From NCBI GenBank assembly GCA_015522685.1, contig WALU01000007.1, positions 1 through 19,220 on the forward strand: a DNA stretch of 19,220 nt, in the 5' to 3' direction. The stretch is from Thermoproteota archaeon (GTDB lineage Archaea > Korarchaeota > Korarchaeia > Korarchaeales > Korarchaeaceae). Both the position numbers and the translations under genes were made by a program. The notes under the pieces are model-generated. The model did no database searches. It saw only the letters and a program-made list of their open reading frames with translations, and was not told where the DNA came from. Positions 8,055 to 16,537 of the stretch are shown piece after piece (position 1 is the first letter of the stretch; every line of letters starts with the position of its first letter).

Positions 8055-8239
8055 TTAATACACCGGAAATTCCACACCCTCATCTCTCAATACTGCATGC
8101 ACTACAGCAAGCCTTGCCACAGGAACTCTGTAAGAAGGTGCGCTAACGTAATCAAGCCCTATTAGATGACAGAACTCTATGCTCCTAGGAACCTCCTATC
8201 CTTAGGATTGGCTTCATCGTAAGTATGCATTAGCCTCAA
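8055..8239 (-). pseudogene. ppdK: Pyruvate, phosphate dikinase relic with nearly the whole gene deleted
   Basis: AGGTG RBS and TTG 8239 give [19 protein letters not shown] (PPDK-like N-terminus, normally followed by GKGA). This is joined out of frame to [44 protein letters not shown] (PPDK C-terminal [16 protein letters not shown] motif). Confidence 0.9.
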
Positions 8240-8451
8240 GAGAAGCACCTAGGGATACGAAATGTGAAGAGATATTAATTCTTCTCATATACGCTAAGTA
8301 ATAATTGCTTTTTCTTCCAATTATCCTGTTTAAGAGGACTCACCGCCCTATGATCACCAGCTTTTTCTCTTTAAAATATTAAGATAATTGTCCAGTAAGC
8401 AGATTTTATATGCAAAAATATTTTCAATTTTACGAGAGTGCATTATCTATA

Positions 8452-8472
8452 ATAAGGTATATTTTTAAATAA
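8452..8472 (+). promoter_or_regulatory. Putative ppsA promoter (TATA-like)
   Basis: AATAAGGTATATTTTTAAATA, with TTTAAATA ending about 27 nt before the GTG start. Confidence 0.4.
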
Positions 8473-8498
8473 CTAAGAGTATTCATTAAGAGGGTCTT

Positions 8499-10958
8499 GT
8501 GTTTCGCCAAGAAGAGAGAAGGAAGATCCTTCTAGCAATAGAGGAGCTTAGAAAAGAAGATCTACTTTTTGTGGGAGGTAAGAATGCTAATCTTGGTGAA
8601 TTAGCTTCTATAGGGATACCTATTCCCTCAGGAGTAGCGGTGACGACATATGCGTATGAGAAATTTATAGAGGAAACAGGACTTAAAGAGAAGATAGAGG
8701 AAATACTCTCAGGAATAAGGAATAAATCTCCCGAAAAATATGAAAATGCCTCCAAAAAGATACAACAACTGATAATGTCGACTGATATACCTGATTATAT
8801 AGAGGATGAGATAAGAAGGGCCTACCAAGAACTAACGAGAAAAATTGGAAGGGAAGTAAAGGTAGCTATTAGATCTTCAGCTACTGCTGAAGATTTACCT
8901 GATGCAAGTTTTGCTGGTCAGCAGGATACATATCTAAATGTAATTGGAGAGGATTCCATCATTGAACACGTTAAAAAATGCTGGGCTAGCCTTTTTACAC
9001 CAAGAGCTATAGCTTACAGAGAATCTAAGGGAATAGATCACTCTAGTGTACTAATCTCTGTAGCAATACAAAGAATGATTAATTCTAGATCTTCCGGCGT
9101 AATGTTCACCATAAATCCCGTCACGGGAGAAGATGATAAGATAGTTATAGAAGGGTCCTGGGGATTAGGTGAAGCAATAGTACAAGGAAAAGTCACTCCT
9201 GATAAGTTTGTGATCAATAAAGCTACAGGAAAAATTATAGAGAGAAGGATTAACGAGAAGAGAAGAGCCATACTATTTGATTCTACATCGCTCAAGAACG
9301 TTGAGATAGAATTGCCGAGGAAGAAAGAGGAGATTCTAGAGCTTGAAGAGAAAGGGAATCCATTAGCAGGGGTAATTAGAAGATTCAATATGCTAGCACT
9401 TAATCCTTCTCTATCGGAGGATGAGATTAAGAAACTTGCTGAATATGCTATGAAAATAGAGGAGCATTATGGCAAGGCCATGGACATAGAGTGGGCTATC
9501 GATCAAGACTTGAAATTTCCAGAAGGTGTATTTATAGTACAGGCTAGGCCTGAAACGATTTGGAACTCCGGTATAGGTAGGAGGAGAGGAGTAGGATCAG
9601 AGTCAGAGTTAGGGGAATCTAGCGGCAAGGTACTTTTAAGAGGGTTGGCAGCTAGTCCAGGAATCGCTGTAGGTACTGCCAGAGTGATTCTATCTACTGA
9701 TGAAGCGAAGGAGTCAATGAAGGTAGGAGATATACTCGTGACTAAAATGACCGATCCTGATTGGGTCCCGTACATGAAGCTCGCCTCTGCAATAATAACT
9801 GACGAGGGAGGCATGACTGCGCATGCAGCTATCGTATCTAGAGAGCTTGGAATTCCCTGCATAGTAGGTACTAAAGAAGCCACTACAATCCTGAAAGATG
9901 GGATGACCATAACAGTAGATGCTACGCATGGAGCTGTTTATGAAGGAACTAAGGAGGATCTCTTAAAAGAGAAAAAAAGTAACCTCAAGGAAGATAAAGC
10001 TGTTGGGATGCTAGGTGATTATCTAAGTCAGATATTCCCAATCACTGCAACGAAAATTTACATGAATCTTGGAATGCCCAGTCTCATAGAGAAGTATGCC
10101 GATCTTCCCTTCGATGGTATAGGATTAATGAGGGTAGAATTCATATTCGCGGAGGAGATAAAGTTCCATCCATTATACCTACTCGAGAGAGGCCAGGAGA
10201 AGGTATTCATAGATAAAATGGCAGATGGAATTGCTAAGGTTGCTAGAGCAATATATCCAAGGCCAGTTGTCGTCAGATTTAGTGACTTCAAGACTAATGA
10301 ATATCGTAAACTGGTGGGTGGTGAGAAATATGAGTTGGAAGAGAGGAATCCAATGCTGGGGTGGAGAGGCGCTTCTAGGTATGTATCTTCTCAATATGAA
10401 GCAGCATTCAAGCTTGAGCTGAGAGCCATAAGAAAAGCTAGAGAAGAATATGGCCTTAAAAATATATGGGTTATGGTTCCCTTTGTAAGAACTACATGGG
10501 AGCTTAAGAAGGTACTTAGAATAATGGAAGAGGAGGGATTAGAAAGGAGTAGAGATTTCAAAGTATGGATAATGGCTGAAGTACCTTCCGTAATATTTCT
10601 AGCAGATGAGTTCTCTCAGATGGTTGATGGATTCAGCATAGGAAGTAATGATCTCACTCAACTCACGTTAGGAGCAGATAGGGACTCAGATATCCTTGGA
10701 AGCTTAGGCTACTTTGATGAGAGGGATGAAGCGGTAAAGAGAGCAATATCTCATCTAATAGAAACAGCACATAAGCATGGGGTAACTGTCTCTATCTGCG
10801 GCCAAGCTCCAAGCGTTTACCCCGAATTCACAGATTTCTTAGTTAGAGAAGGAATAGATAGCATAAGCGTGAATCCAGATGTTGTTATAAGTACTAGGAG
10901 GATCGTGGCATCTATAGAGAGGAAACTGATACTAGACAGTGCTAGAAAGCTGAGTTGA
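8499..10958 (+). CDS. ppsA: Phosphoenolpyruvate synthase (pyruvate, water dikinase)
   Basis: [53 protein letters not shown], phospho-His motif [35 protein letters not shown] and SICGQAPS. Confidence 0.97.
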   Translation: MFRQEERRKILLAIEELRKEDLLFVGGKNANLGELASIGIPIPSGVAVTTYAYEKFIEETGLKEKIEEILSGIRNKSPEKYENASKKIQQLIMSTDIPDYIEDEIRRAYQELTRKIGREVKVAIRSSATAEDLPDASFAGQQDTYLNVIGEDSIIEHVKKCWASLFTPRAIAYRESKGIDHSSVLISVAIQRMINSRSSGVMFTINPVTGEDDKIVIEGSWGLGEAIVQGKVTPDKFVINKATGKIIERRINEKRRAILFDSTSLKNVEIELPRKKEEILELEEKGNPLAGVIRRFNMLALNPSLSEDEIKKLAEYAMKIEEHYGKAMDIEWAIDQDLKFPEGVFIVQARPETIWNSGIGRRRGVGSESELGESSGKVLLRGLAASPGIAVGTARVILSTDEAKESMKVGDILVTKMTDPDWVPYMKLASAIITDEGGMTAHAAIVSRELGIPCIVGTKEATTILKDGMTITVDATHGAVYEGTKEDLLKEKKSNLKEDKAVGMLGDYLSQIFPITATKIYMNLGMPSLIEKYADLPFDGIGLMRVEFIFAEEIKFHPLYLLERGQEKVFIDKMADGIAKVARAIYPRPVVVRFSDFKTNEYRKLVGGEKYELEERNPMLGWRGASRYVSSQYEAAFKLELRAIRKAREEYGLKNIWVMVPFVRTTWELKKVLRIMEEEGLERSRDFKVWIMAEVPSVIFLADEFSQMVDGFSIGSNDLTQLTLGADRDSDILGSLGYFDERDEAVKRAISHLIETAHKHGVTVSICGQAPSVYPEFTDFLVREGIDSISVNPDVVISTRRIVASIERKLILDSARKLS

Positions 10959-11053
10959 ATGAAATGAAAGAGGATAACGATCTCTACCCATTTTCCTTTC
11001 TGGAGGGAATATCAAGCTAAGGAGGATCTCGCTCCGATAAGTTCTGAACTAAG

Positions 11054-11270
11054 TTAAATCTTTTTATCGCTTTTACAATTTCTCTTCTTAAACTCTAATG
11101 TAACAAAATCCCTTGTCCTTTACTAGTTCCACAATAGCCTTTGGGTCCTATGAGAAGGGAATTCAGAACATATTTCCTTTATTAGATTCTTCTCTAACTT
11201 TATGATCTGGAATTAACTTTCCAGTTATCATCTTCAAGTTAGATATTTCTCTAGTTAGTTCCATCTAATC
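11054..11270 (-). pseudogene. Degraded coding relic, copy A of a diverged repeat (unknown family)
   Basis: Minus-strand fragments LEKYLT*R, DPKAIVELVK and REIVKAIK match copy B at 18835-19065 (LEKYLTWR, KPKVMI...KLVR, RELIKAIK), mostly by synonymous changes. Confidence 0.6.
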
Positions 11271-11537
11271 TAGATGTAAAGGGTATTGATCTCTTCTGAT
11301 AAACTCATGTCTCTAGTAGGATTTTATAATACTCGCCAAATGTGCTTGGTAGAAAACATCGTAAAAAATAGACAAGAAAGCTTAGATAGGATAAATTAGA
11401 GAGGATAATGCTAGAAGAATAATATTCTCCTTTAAAGGAAGAGAAAGAAGATAAGCATAATGTCTAAGGAATCTTATGCTCTCTTTACAAACCAAGAGTC
11501 CCCTCATATTTAATTATAGTTACAGGCAGAGTTAGCG

Positions 11538-12338
11538 ATGATTGATAAATACACAAGCCTTCTTAATGGACTTCAGGAAACTCTCGACTTAACCGAATAT
11601 GAGGCAAAAGCCTATCTTTCTCTCATAGTTCATGATTCGATGACAGTCAGCGAGATAAGCCGAACGAGCGGCGTGCCAAGGCCAAAATGCTATGAGGTGC
11701 TGAAAGGTCTAGCTTCTAAGGGTTTAATTGGGGTTGTAGCGACTAAACCAGTAAAGTACGAAGCTCTTCAAGTTGAGAAGGGACTAATGAACAGGATCTC
11801 TCAGCTAAAGAGTGAGCTTCTCCGAAAAGAAAGAGAGACTCTTTCCTTAGTTCAAGAGCTAAAAGAAATTCAAAATTCTGGGCCGACTGGGAGGACGATA
11901 AAGGTCATGTTATTAGAGGATCCTGACTCTATAATCAGTTCCTCTGTTACAGATGCATCAAGAGCTCGTGAGGAGGTATTAATAGCTATGACTCGAACTC
12001 CAGTCAAATTTGGCTGGATTCATAATATTTCTCTCCTGAAAGGACCTGTCCTTAAAGGTGTAAGATACAAATTCATAGTTCCCTCAATTTCCTCCTTTAC
12101 AGGAAAAGTAATGTCTAAAATCAGGCTTCCCATGAAAGATTCTCCTGTAGAGGTTAGGGCTTGTGAAAGACTGAAGCAGCCTTTTTCAGTAATAGATGAA
12201 AGGATATCCTATTTATACATTACTGATCCAAATAGAGGGGTATTCCTATCAGCTATAAAGATAGAAGATAATGTTTTTGGCTCTCAGATGAGAGAGATGT
12301 TTTATTGGCTGTGGGAGAATTGCGGTAGAATTTTGTAA
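11538..12338 (+). CDS. TrmB family transcriptional regulator
   Basis: N-terminal wHTH LTEYEAKAYLSL...EISRTSGVPRPKCYEVLKGLASKGLI, a coiled-coil linker and a C-terminal effector-type domain. TATA-like TTTAATTA at 11509-11516. Confidence 0.9.
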   Translation: MIDKYTSLLNGLQETLDLTEYEAKAYLSLIVHDSMTVSEISRTSGVPRPKCYEVLKGLASKGLIGVVATKPVKYEALQVEKGLMNRISQLKSELLRKERETLSLVQELKEIQNSGPTGRTIKVMLLEDPDSIISSSVTDASRAREEVLIAMTRTPVKFGWIHNISLLKGPVLKGVRYKFIVPSISSFTGKVMSKIRLPMKDSPVEVRACERLKQPFSVIDERISYLYITDPNRGVFLSAIKIEDNVFGSQMREMFYWLWENCGRIL

Positions 12339-12394
12339 CATTTAGTAACTACTTAAGGTAGCAACAACTTTTTTAATATCCCTTAAATAATTGA

Positions 12395-13066
12395 ATGATG
12401 CCTATGAGAGTTCCCTTACTCATAGAAATGAATGATAAGAATGTTTTAGTAATAGGTGGCGGAGGAGAAGGTGTGAATAGGGCCAGGAAATTCAGCCAAG
12501 CTAAAGCTAAGGTGAAAGTTCTATCCTTAGAGTTTGATCCAAAGCTAAAGGAAATAAAAGGCATAGACCTCGTACATGGAGATGCAAGGGATGATAAATT
12601 AGTTGAAGAGTTAGTAAGCTGGTCGGATCTGGTAGTAGTAGCTCTGTCTAGTACTGAATTGAACAATAAAATAGTAGAATTTGCTAAGAAGCACGGAACT
12701 CTCTATAACCTAGCGAATGATGCTGATGCAACAGAGGTAGTGGTTCCTTTCGAAGGAAATGTAGATGGTATAAGGATAGCTCTTACTTCTGAAGGTAAGA
12801 GTGGATTAGTTGTCAGGGATATGTTAAAGGAAGTTAAAGGATGCCTAACTACTAGGAGAGATCTGTTCAATCTATTAAATATTATGCATGAAATAAAATT
12901 ATACCTAAAAAAGAAAGGAATTCCATCGCTCCGAAGGATAGAAATCTATAAGAAAGTTTATTCTGACCAATACTTCCAAGATCTATCATCTAGAGGTAAA
13001 ACAGAGGAAGCTTGGAGAAGGTTCTTGGATCTATCTAGGGAAGTAGTGGGCTATGATATATCCTGA
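12395..13066 (+). CDS. sirC: Precorrin-2 dehydrogenase / possible sirohydrochlorin ferrochelatase (SirC/Met8/CysG-B family)
   Basis: PLLIE..KNVLVIGGGGEG Rossmann motif, YNLANDA, VVVPF and IALTSEGKS. The start may be ATG 12404. Confidence 0.88.
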   Translation: MMPMRVPLLIEMNDKNVLVIGGGGEGVNRARKFSQAKAKVKVLSLEFDPKLKEIKGIDLVHGDARDDKLVEELVSWSDLVVVALSSTELNNKIVEFAKKHGTLYNLANDADATEVVVPFEGNVDGIRIALTSEGKSGLVVRDMLKEVKGCLTTRRDLFNLLNIMHEIKLYLKKKGIPSLRRIEIYKKVYSDQYFQDLSSRGKTEEAWRRFLDLSREVVGYDIS

Positions 13067-14054
13067 TTTTCCTGTGTCAAGACCAAGAAGACTAAGGAGG
13101 CTTAAGATCCTTAGGGATGCTGTAGCGGAAACAACACTCTTACCTAATGATTTAATATACCCAATTTTCGTGAAGGAAGGCATCTCGGCTCCCTCGCCTA
13201 TAAAGTCTATGCCTGGAATATATCACTACCCTATAGAAGGTATTTCAAAAGCATTGGAAGAAGCCCTAGAGAGGGGAGTGAGATCTTTCTTGATATTCGG
13301 AGTTCCCCAACATAAAGATGATATGGGGAGCGAGGCGTACAATCGCAGAGGTATTGTTCAGAAGGCCTTAAGGGAGCTAAGATCAAGCTTTGGCAGTGAA
13401 GTAGTGCTGATTACTGATGTGTGTATGTGCCACTATACATCACATGGTCACTGTGGCATAGTCGAGGGAGAATATGTTGATAATGATAAAACAATTAATT
13501 ACCTTGCAGAGATATCTCTAACTCATGCAGAAGCAGGAGCTGATATAGTTGCGCCCTCTAGCATGATGGATGGCATGGTTAAGGCTATTAGGTCTAAACT
13601 AGATGCTAATGGGTTCTATAATACCATTATTATGTCATACTCCTCTAAGTTTTCTTCATCTTTTTACAGCCCCTTCAGAGAAGCGGCAAACTCATCTCCC
13701 AAGTTTGGTGATAGGAGAGGGTATCAAATGGATCCAAGGAACGTCAGGGAGGCAGTCAAAGAATCAATACTTGATGTGAAGGAAGGAGCAGATATAGTTA
13801 TGGTGAAGCCCGCACTCTCCTACTTGGATGTGTTAAGGGCTGTAAAAGAGTCTCTATTAGTGCCGGTGGCTGCCTATAGCGTTAGCGGTGAATATGCCAT
13901 GATAAAACTTGCAGCAGAAAGAGGGCTAGTAGATGAGAGAAAAGTGGTTCTTGAAGTAATGCACTCAATTAAGAGAGCTGGTGCTGACTTGGTGATCACT
14001 TACTATGCCCCAAAGGTAGCTGAATGGATCAATGAAGGGTATAATCCCTTCTAG
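13053..14054 (+). CDS. hemB: Porphobilinogen synthase (ALA dehydratase), Zn-type
   Basis: RPRRLR, DVCMCHYTSHGHCG Zn site, APSSMMDG, MSYSSKF, GYQMDP, VMVKPAL and AYSVSGEYAM. Confidence 0.97.
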   Translation: MIYPDFPVSRPRRLRRLKILRDAVAETTLLPNDLIYPIFVKEGISAPSPIKSMPGIYHYPIEGISKALEEALERGVRSFLIFGVPQHKDDMGSEAYNRRGIVQKALRELRSSFGSEVVLITDVCMCHYTSHGHCGIVEGEYVDNDKTINYLAEISLTHAEAGADIVAPSSMMDGMVKAIRSKLDANGFYNTIIMSYSSKFSSSFYSPFREAANSSPKFGDRRGYQMDPRNVREAVKESILDVKEGADIVMVKPALSYLDVLRAVKESLLVPVAAYSVSGEYAMIKLAAERGLVDERKVVLEVMHSIKRAGADLVITYYAPKVAEWINEGYNPF

Positions 14055-14062
14055 GTGGTTAT

Positions 14063-14920
14063 ATGAAGCTTCGTTTGGCTACTCGAGGAAGTAAGTTGGC
14101 ATTGGCTCAAGCGGCGGAAGTATCAAAAGCTTTGGAAAATGTGGGAGTTAAAACTGAGCTTGTAATTGTAAAGACGAAGGGCGATCTCATCAAGAATATG
14201 ACAGTTAAGGAGCTAGGGAAAGGGACCTTTGAGAAGGAAGTGAATGCTGCTGTTCTGAGGGGAGAAGCTGATGTGGCAGTGCACAGTCTAAAGGACGTTC
14301 CTACTTCGGGAGTTCCTCTAAGCTTAGCAGCGGCTCTCCCTAGAGCAAGTCCATGGGACGTTTTGGTATCATCAAAACCACTTAAAGATCTTCCTCCTAA
14401 CTCAAAAGTAGGTACAAGTAGTTCTAGGAGGAAGGGCGCTATATTGAGACTGAGAAATGATCTCCAGCTGGTAGATATAAGAGGCAATTTAGATACGAGG
14501 CTTGATAAAATGGAAAAGGGATTTTACGACGCTTTAGTAACTAGTGAGGCTGCTCTTCATAGACTGGGTGTTAATACTCCTTATTATAAATTTTCTCTTG
14601 ATAAGATGGTTCCGGCAGCTGGTCAAGGGGCAATAGCGGTCTTTGCTAAAGAGCGAGAGATAATTAGGATATTACAAAAGATTAATGATCAAAGGACACT
14701 GGAAGAAGTTTCCCTTGAGAGGAAGGTGCTTGAGGGTATAGGAGCGAGCTGCCTTACTCCTATAGGAGTTTTTGTTCATATGCTGAGGGATACTTTTAAG
14801 ATGTCAGTCGGGTTCTATGGTCCTAAACCCTTTCATCTCGATCTTTCCTTCCATGCAATGGAGAGATCAAGGAGCATCAATGAAATAACATCCAAGCTTA
14901 GAGAGGTGATTTCTCATTAA
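14063..14920 (+). CDS. hemC: Hydroxymethylbilane synthase (porphobilinogen deaminase)
   Basis: ATRGSKLALAQ, KTKGD, AVHSLKDVP, GTSSSRR, IRGNLDTRL, PAAGQGA and cofactor Cys in GASCLTPIG. Confidence 0.96.
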   Translation: MKLRLATRGSKLALAQAAEVSKALENVGVKTELVIVKTKGDLIKNMTVKELGKGTFEKEVNAAVLRGEADVAVHSLKDVPTSGVPLSLAAALPRASPWDVLVSSKPLKDLPPNSKVGTSSSRRKGAILRLRNDLQLVDIRGNLDTRLDKMEKGFYDALVTSEAALHRLGVNTPYYKFSLDKMVPAAGQGAIAVFAKEREIIRILQKINDQRTLEEVSLERKVLEGIGASCLTPIGVFVHMLRDTFKMSVGFYGPKPFHLDLSFHAMERSRSINEITSKLREVISH

Positions 14921-16373
14921 TGGAAGTGGTAAGGTATTCCTAGTTGGTGCTGGTCCCGGAGATCCAGATTTACTCACTCTAAAGGCCTTTAAATTAATCA
15001 AAAGAGCAGATGTTCTTCTATATGACAGATTGATTCCTAAGAATATACTAAAGGAAGCCAAGGATGATGCAGAACTCATTTTTGTGGGAAAGAAAGCTGG
15101 AAGTCATCCAGTATCCCAAGAGGAGATAGAGAAGCTTATGATAAGAAAAGCTAGAGAAGGTAAAGTTGTAGCTAGGCTGAAAGGAGGCGATCCTTTTATC
15201 TTTGGGCGGGGAGGTGAGGAAGCTAGAGCCCTTGCTGAGGCAGGGATAGAATTTGAAGTTGTCCCGGGAATCTCATCAGTTAATGCTATATCAGCAGCAT
15301 CACTGGTCCCTCTCACTGTGAGAGGAATTTCCTCAATACTCACTGTGACTACAGGCATGGAAGCAAGGAATAAAATGAAAGGGTGGGTTAATCTAAAGAA
15401 GATAGCTAGGTTAGGGGGTACTATTGTCATTCTCATGCCCCTTAATGAACTCTCTAAAATAAGGAAGGAACTGATGGAAGTTCTTCCTCCTTCTACTCCT
15501 ATATCCATAGTAGAGAAAGCTACTCTACCTGAGGGAAGGATCTTGACAACGACCCTCTCAAATATGGTAGAAGATGCTCTTCATTTCAAATTTCAAGCTC
15601 CTATGACACTTATCATGGGAGATGTGGTACACCTAGGCTCTAGATTAAGAAAATTCCTTAGGGCATCAAAAAAGGTCTTAGTACCTAGGCCCAAGCGCAC
15701 ATTAGAAAGGATCCAAGAACTGGTCAGATCAGCTGGCTATTCCTGTGATGCTATACCGATAGCAGAGCCCAAGCCTTTAAAATTTGATGTGGAGGCAGAT
15801 GCAGATTACATAGCATTCACTAGCCAGATATCTGCTAAACTAGTAATAGAGAAGGGAAGTGCACCCAGAGGTAAGACTATAGCTATAGGTCCTGGCACTG
15901 CTACAGTTCTAGAAATGGGCGGAATACAAGTAGACTTAATACCAGAAAATTATAACGTTAAAGGCTTGATTAACCTATTCTCTATGCTGAAACCCGGCAA
16001 AGCAATTCTCTTTAGATCAGCTGACGCTAATTACATACTAGAATCTCATCTAAAAGATCTTGGGTTCCAAGTAATATCTGTGAGGACTCATAGAATAGAG
16101 GAGACTCCCGAAGCTAGGATAGCGGCTGATCGGCTGCTAGGAGAATCATATGATGCTCTAGTAGCGACTAGTTCAATTATGACTAAGATAATAGATTCTA
16201 AGCTCAGGGAGATAAATTCTTCTCTCTCTAGTATATCAAAAAGAATTAAGATAATTTCCATAGGACCCGCAACTACTAAGACCTTGAAATCTCTTAACGC
16301 TTTCAACATATTTGAAGCACCTATTCACAGCTCTGAGGGTATAGTAAAAACCTTAGAGGTGACATTAGGTTGA
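14916..16373 (+). CDS. cobA/hemD: Uroporphyrinogen-III C-methyltransferase / uroporphyrinogen-III synthase fusion (CobA-HemD)
   Basis: The conserved N-terminus GKVFLVGAGPGDPDLLTLKA...ADVLLYDRL lies in frame upstream of the ORF-track start (15030). Then RLKGGDPFIFGRGGEE and VVPGISS, followed by a HemD domain (FTSQ, AIGPGTA, ATSS, SIGPATT). The start is uncertain; ATT 14916 is proposed. Confidence 0.9.
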   Translation: MNGSGKVFLVGAGPGDPDLLTLKAFKLIKRADVLLYDRLIPKNILKEAKDDAELIFVGKKAGSHPVSQEEIEKLMIRKAREGKVVARLKGGDPFIFGRGGEEARALAEAGIEFEVVPGISSVNAISAASLVPLTVRGISSILTVTTGMEARNKMKGWVNLKKIARLGGTIVILMPLNELSKIRKELMEVLPPSTPISIVEKATLPEGRILTTTLSNMVEDALHFKFQAPMTLIMGDVVHLGSRLRKFLRASKKVLVPRPKRTLERIQELVRSAGYSCDAIPIAEPKPLKFDVEADADYIAFTSQISAKLVIEKGSAPRGKTIAIGPGTATVLEMGGIQVDLIPENYNVKGLINLFSMLKPGKAILFRSADANYILESHLKDLGFQVISVRTHRIEETPEARIAADRLLGESYDALVATSSIMTKIIDSKLREINSSLSSISKRIKIISIGPATTKTLKSLNAFNIFEAPIHSSEGIVKTLEVTLG

Positions 16374-16537
16374 ACTGGTTTATCGAAGAGGAGCTAGTTT
16401 CATTTCAGAGAATATTCAAAGACCTCGTATTATATCATATCGTATATACGTATTGCATGGCGCAGAAGCACGAACACATGGCTTCTGCAGCAATCACCGA
16501 ATTGCAACAGAATAATGTAATGAATGTAGTTGATTGA
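16370..16537 (+). CDS. Small 55-aa ORF inside the heme operon (function unknown; possibly a relic)
   Basis: GAGGTGA RBS and TTG overlapping the hemD TGA. Reads MNWFIEEELVSFQRIFKDLVLYHIVYTYCMAQKHEHMASAAITELQQNNVMNVVD*, exactly filling the gap to ahbAB. Confidence 0.4.
   Translation: MNWFIEEELVSFQRIFKDLVLYHIVYTYCMAQKHEHMASAAITELQQNNVMNVVD

Noticed and set aside
8486-10422. Short ORFs within or opposite ppsA (likewise 3172, 5665, 7674, 12373, 14107, 14867, 15104, 16088, 18238)
   Set aside because: They overlap conserved genes and have no independent evidence.
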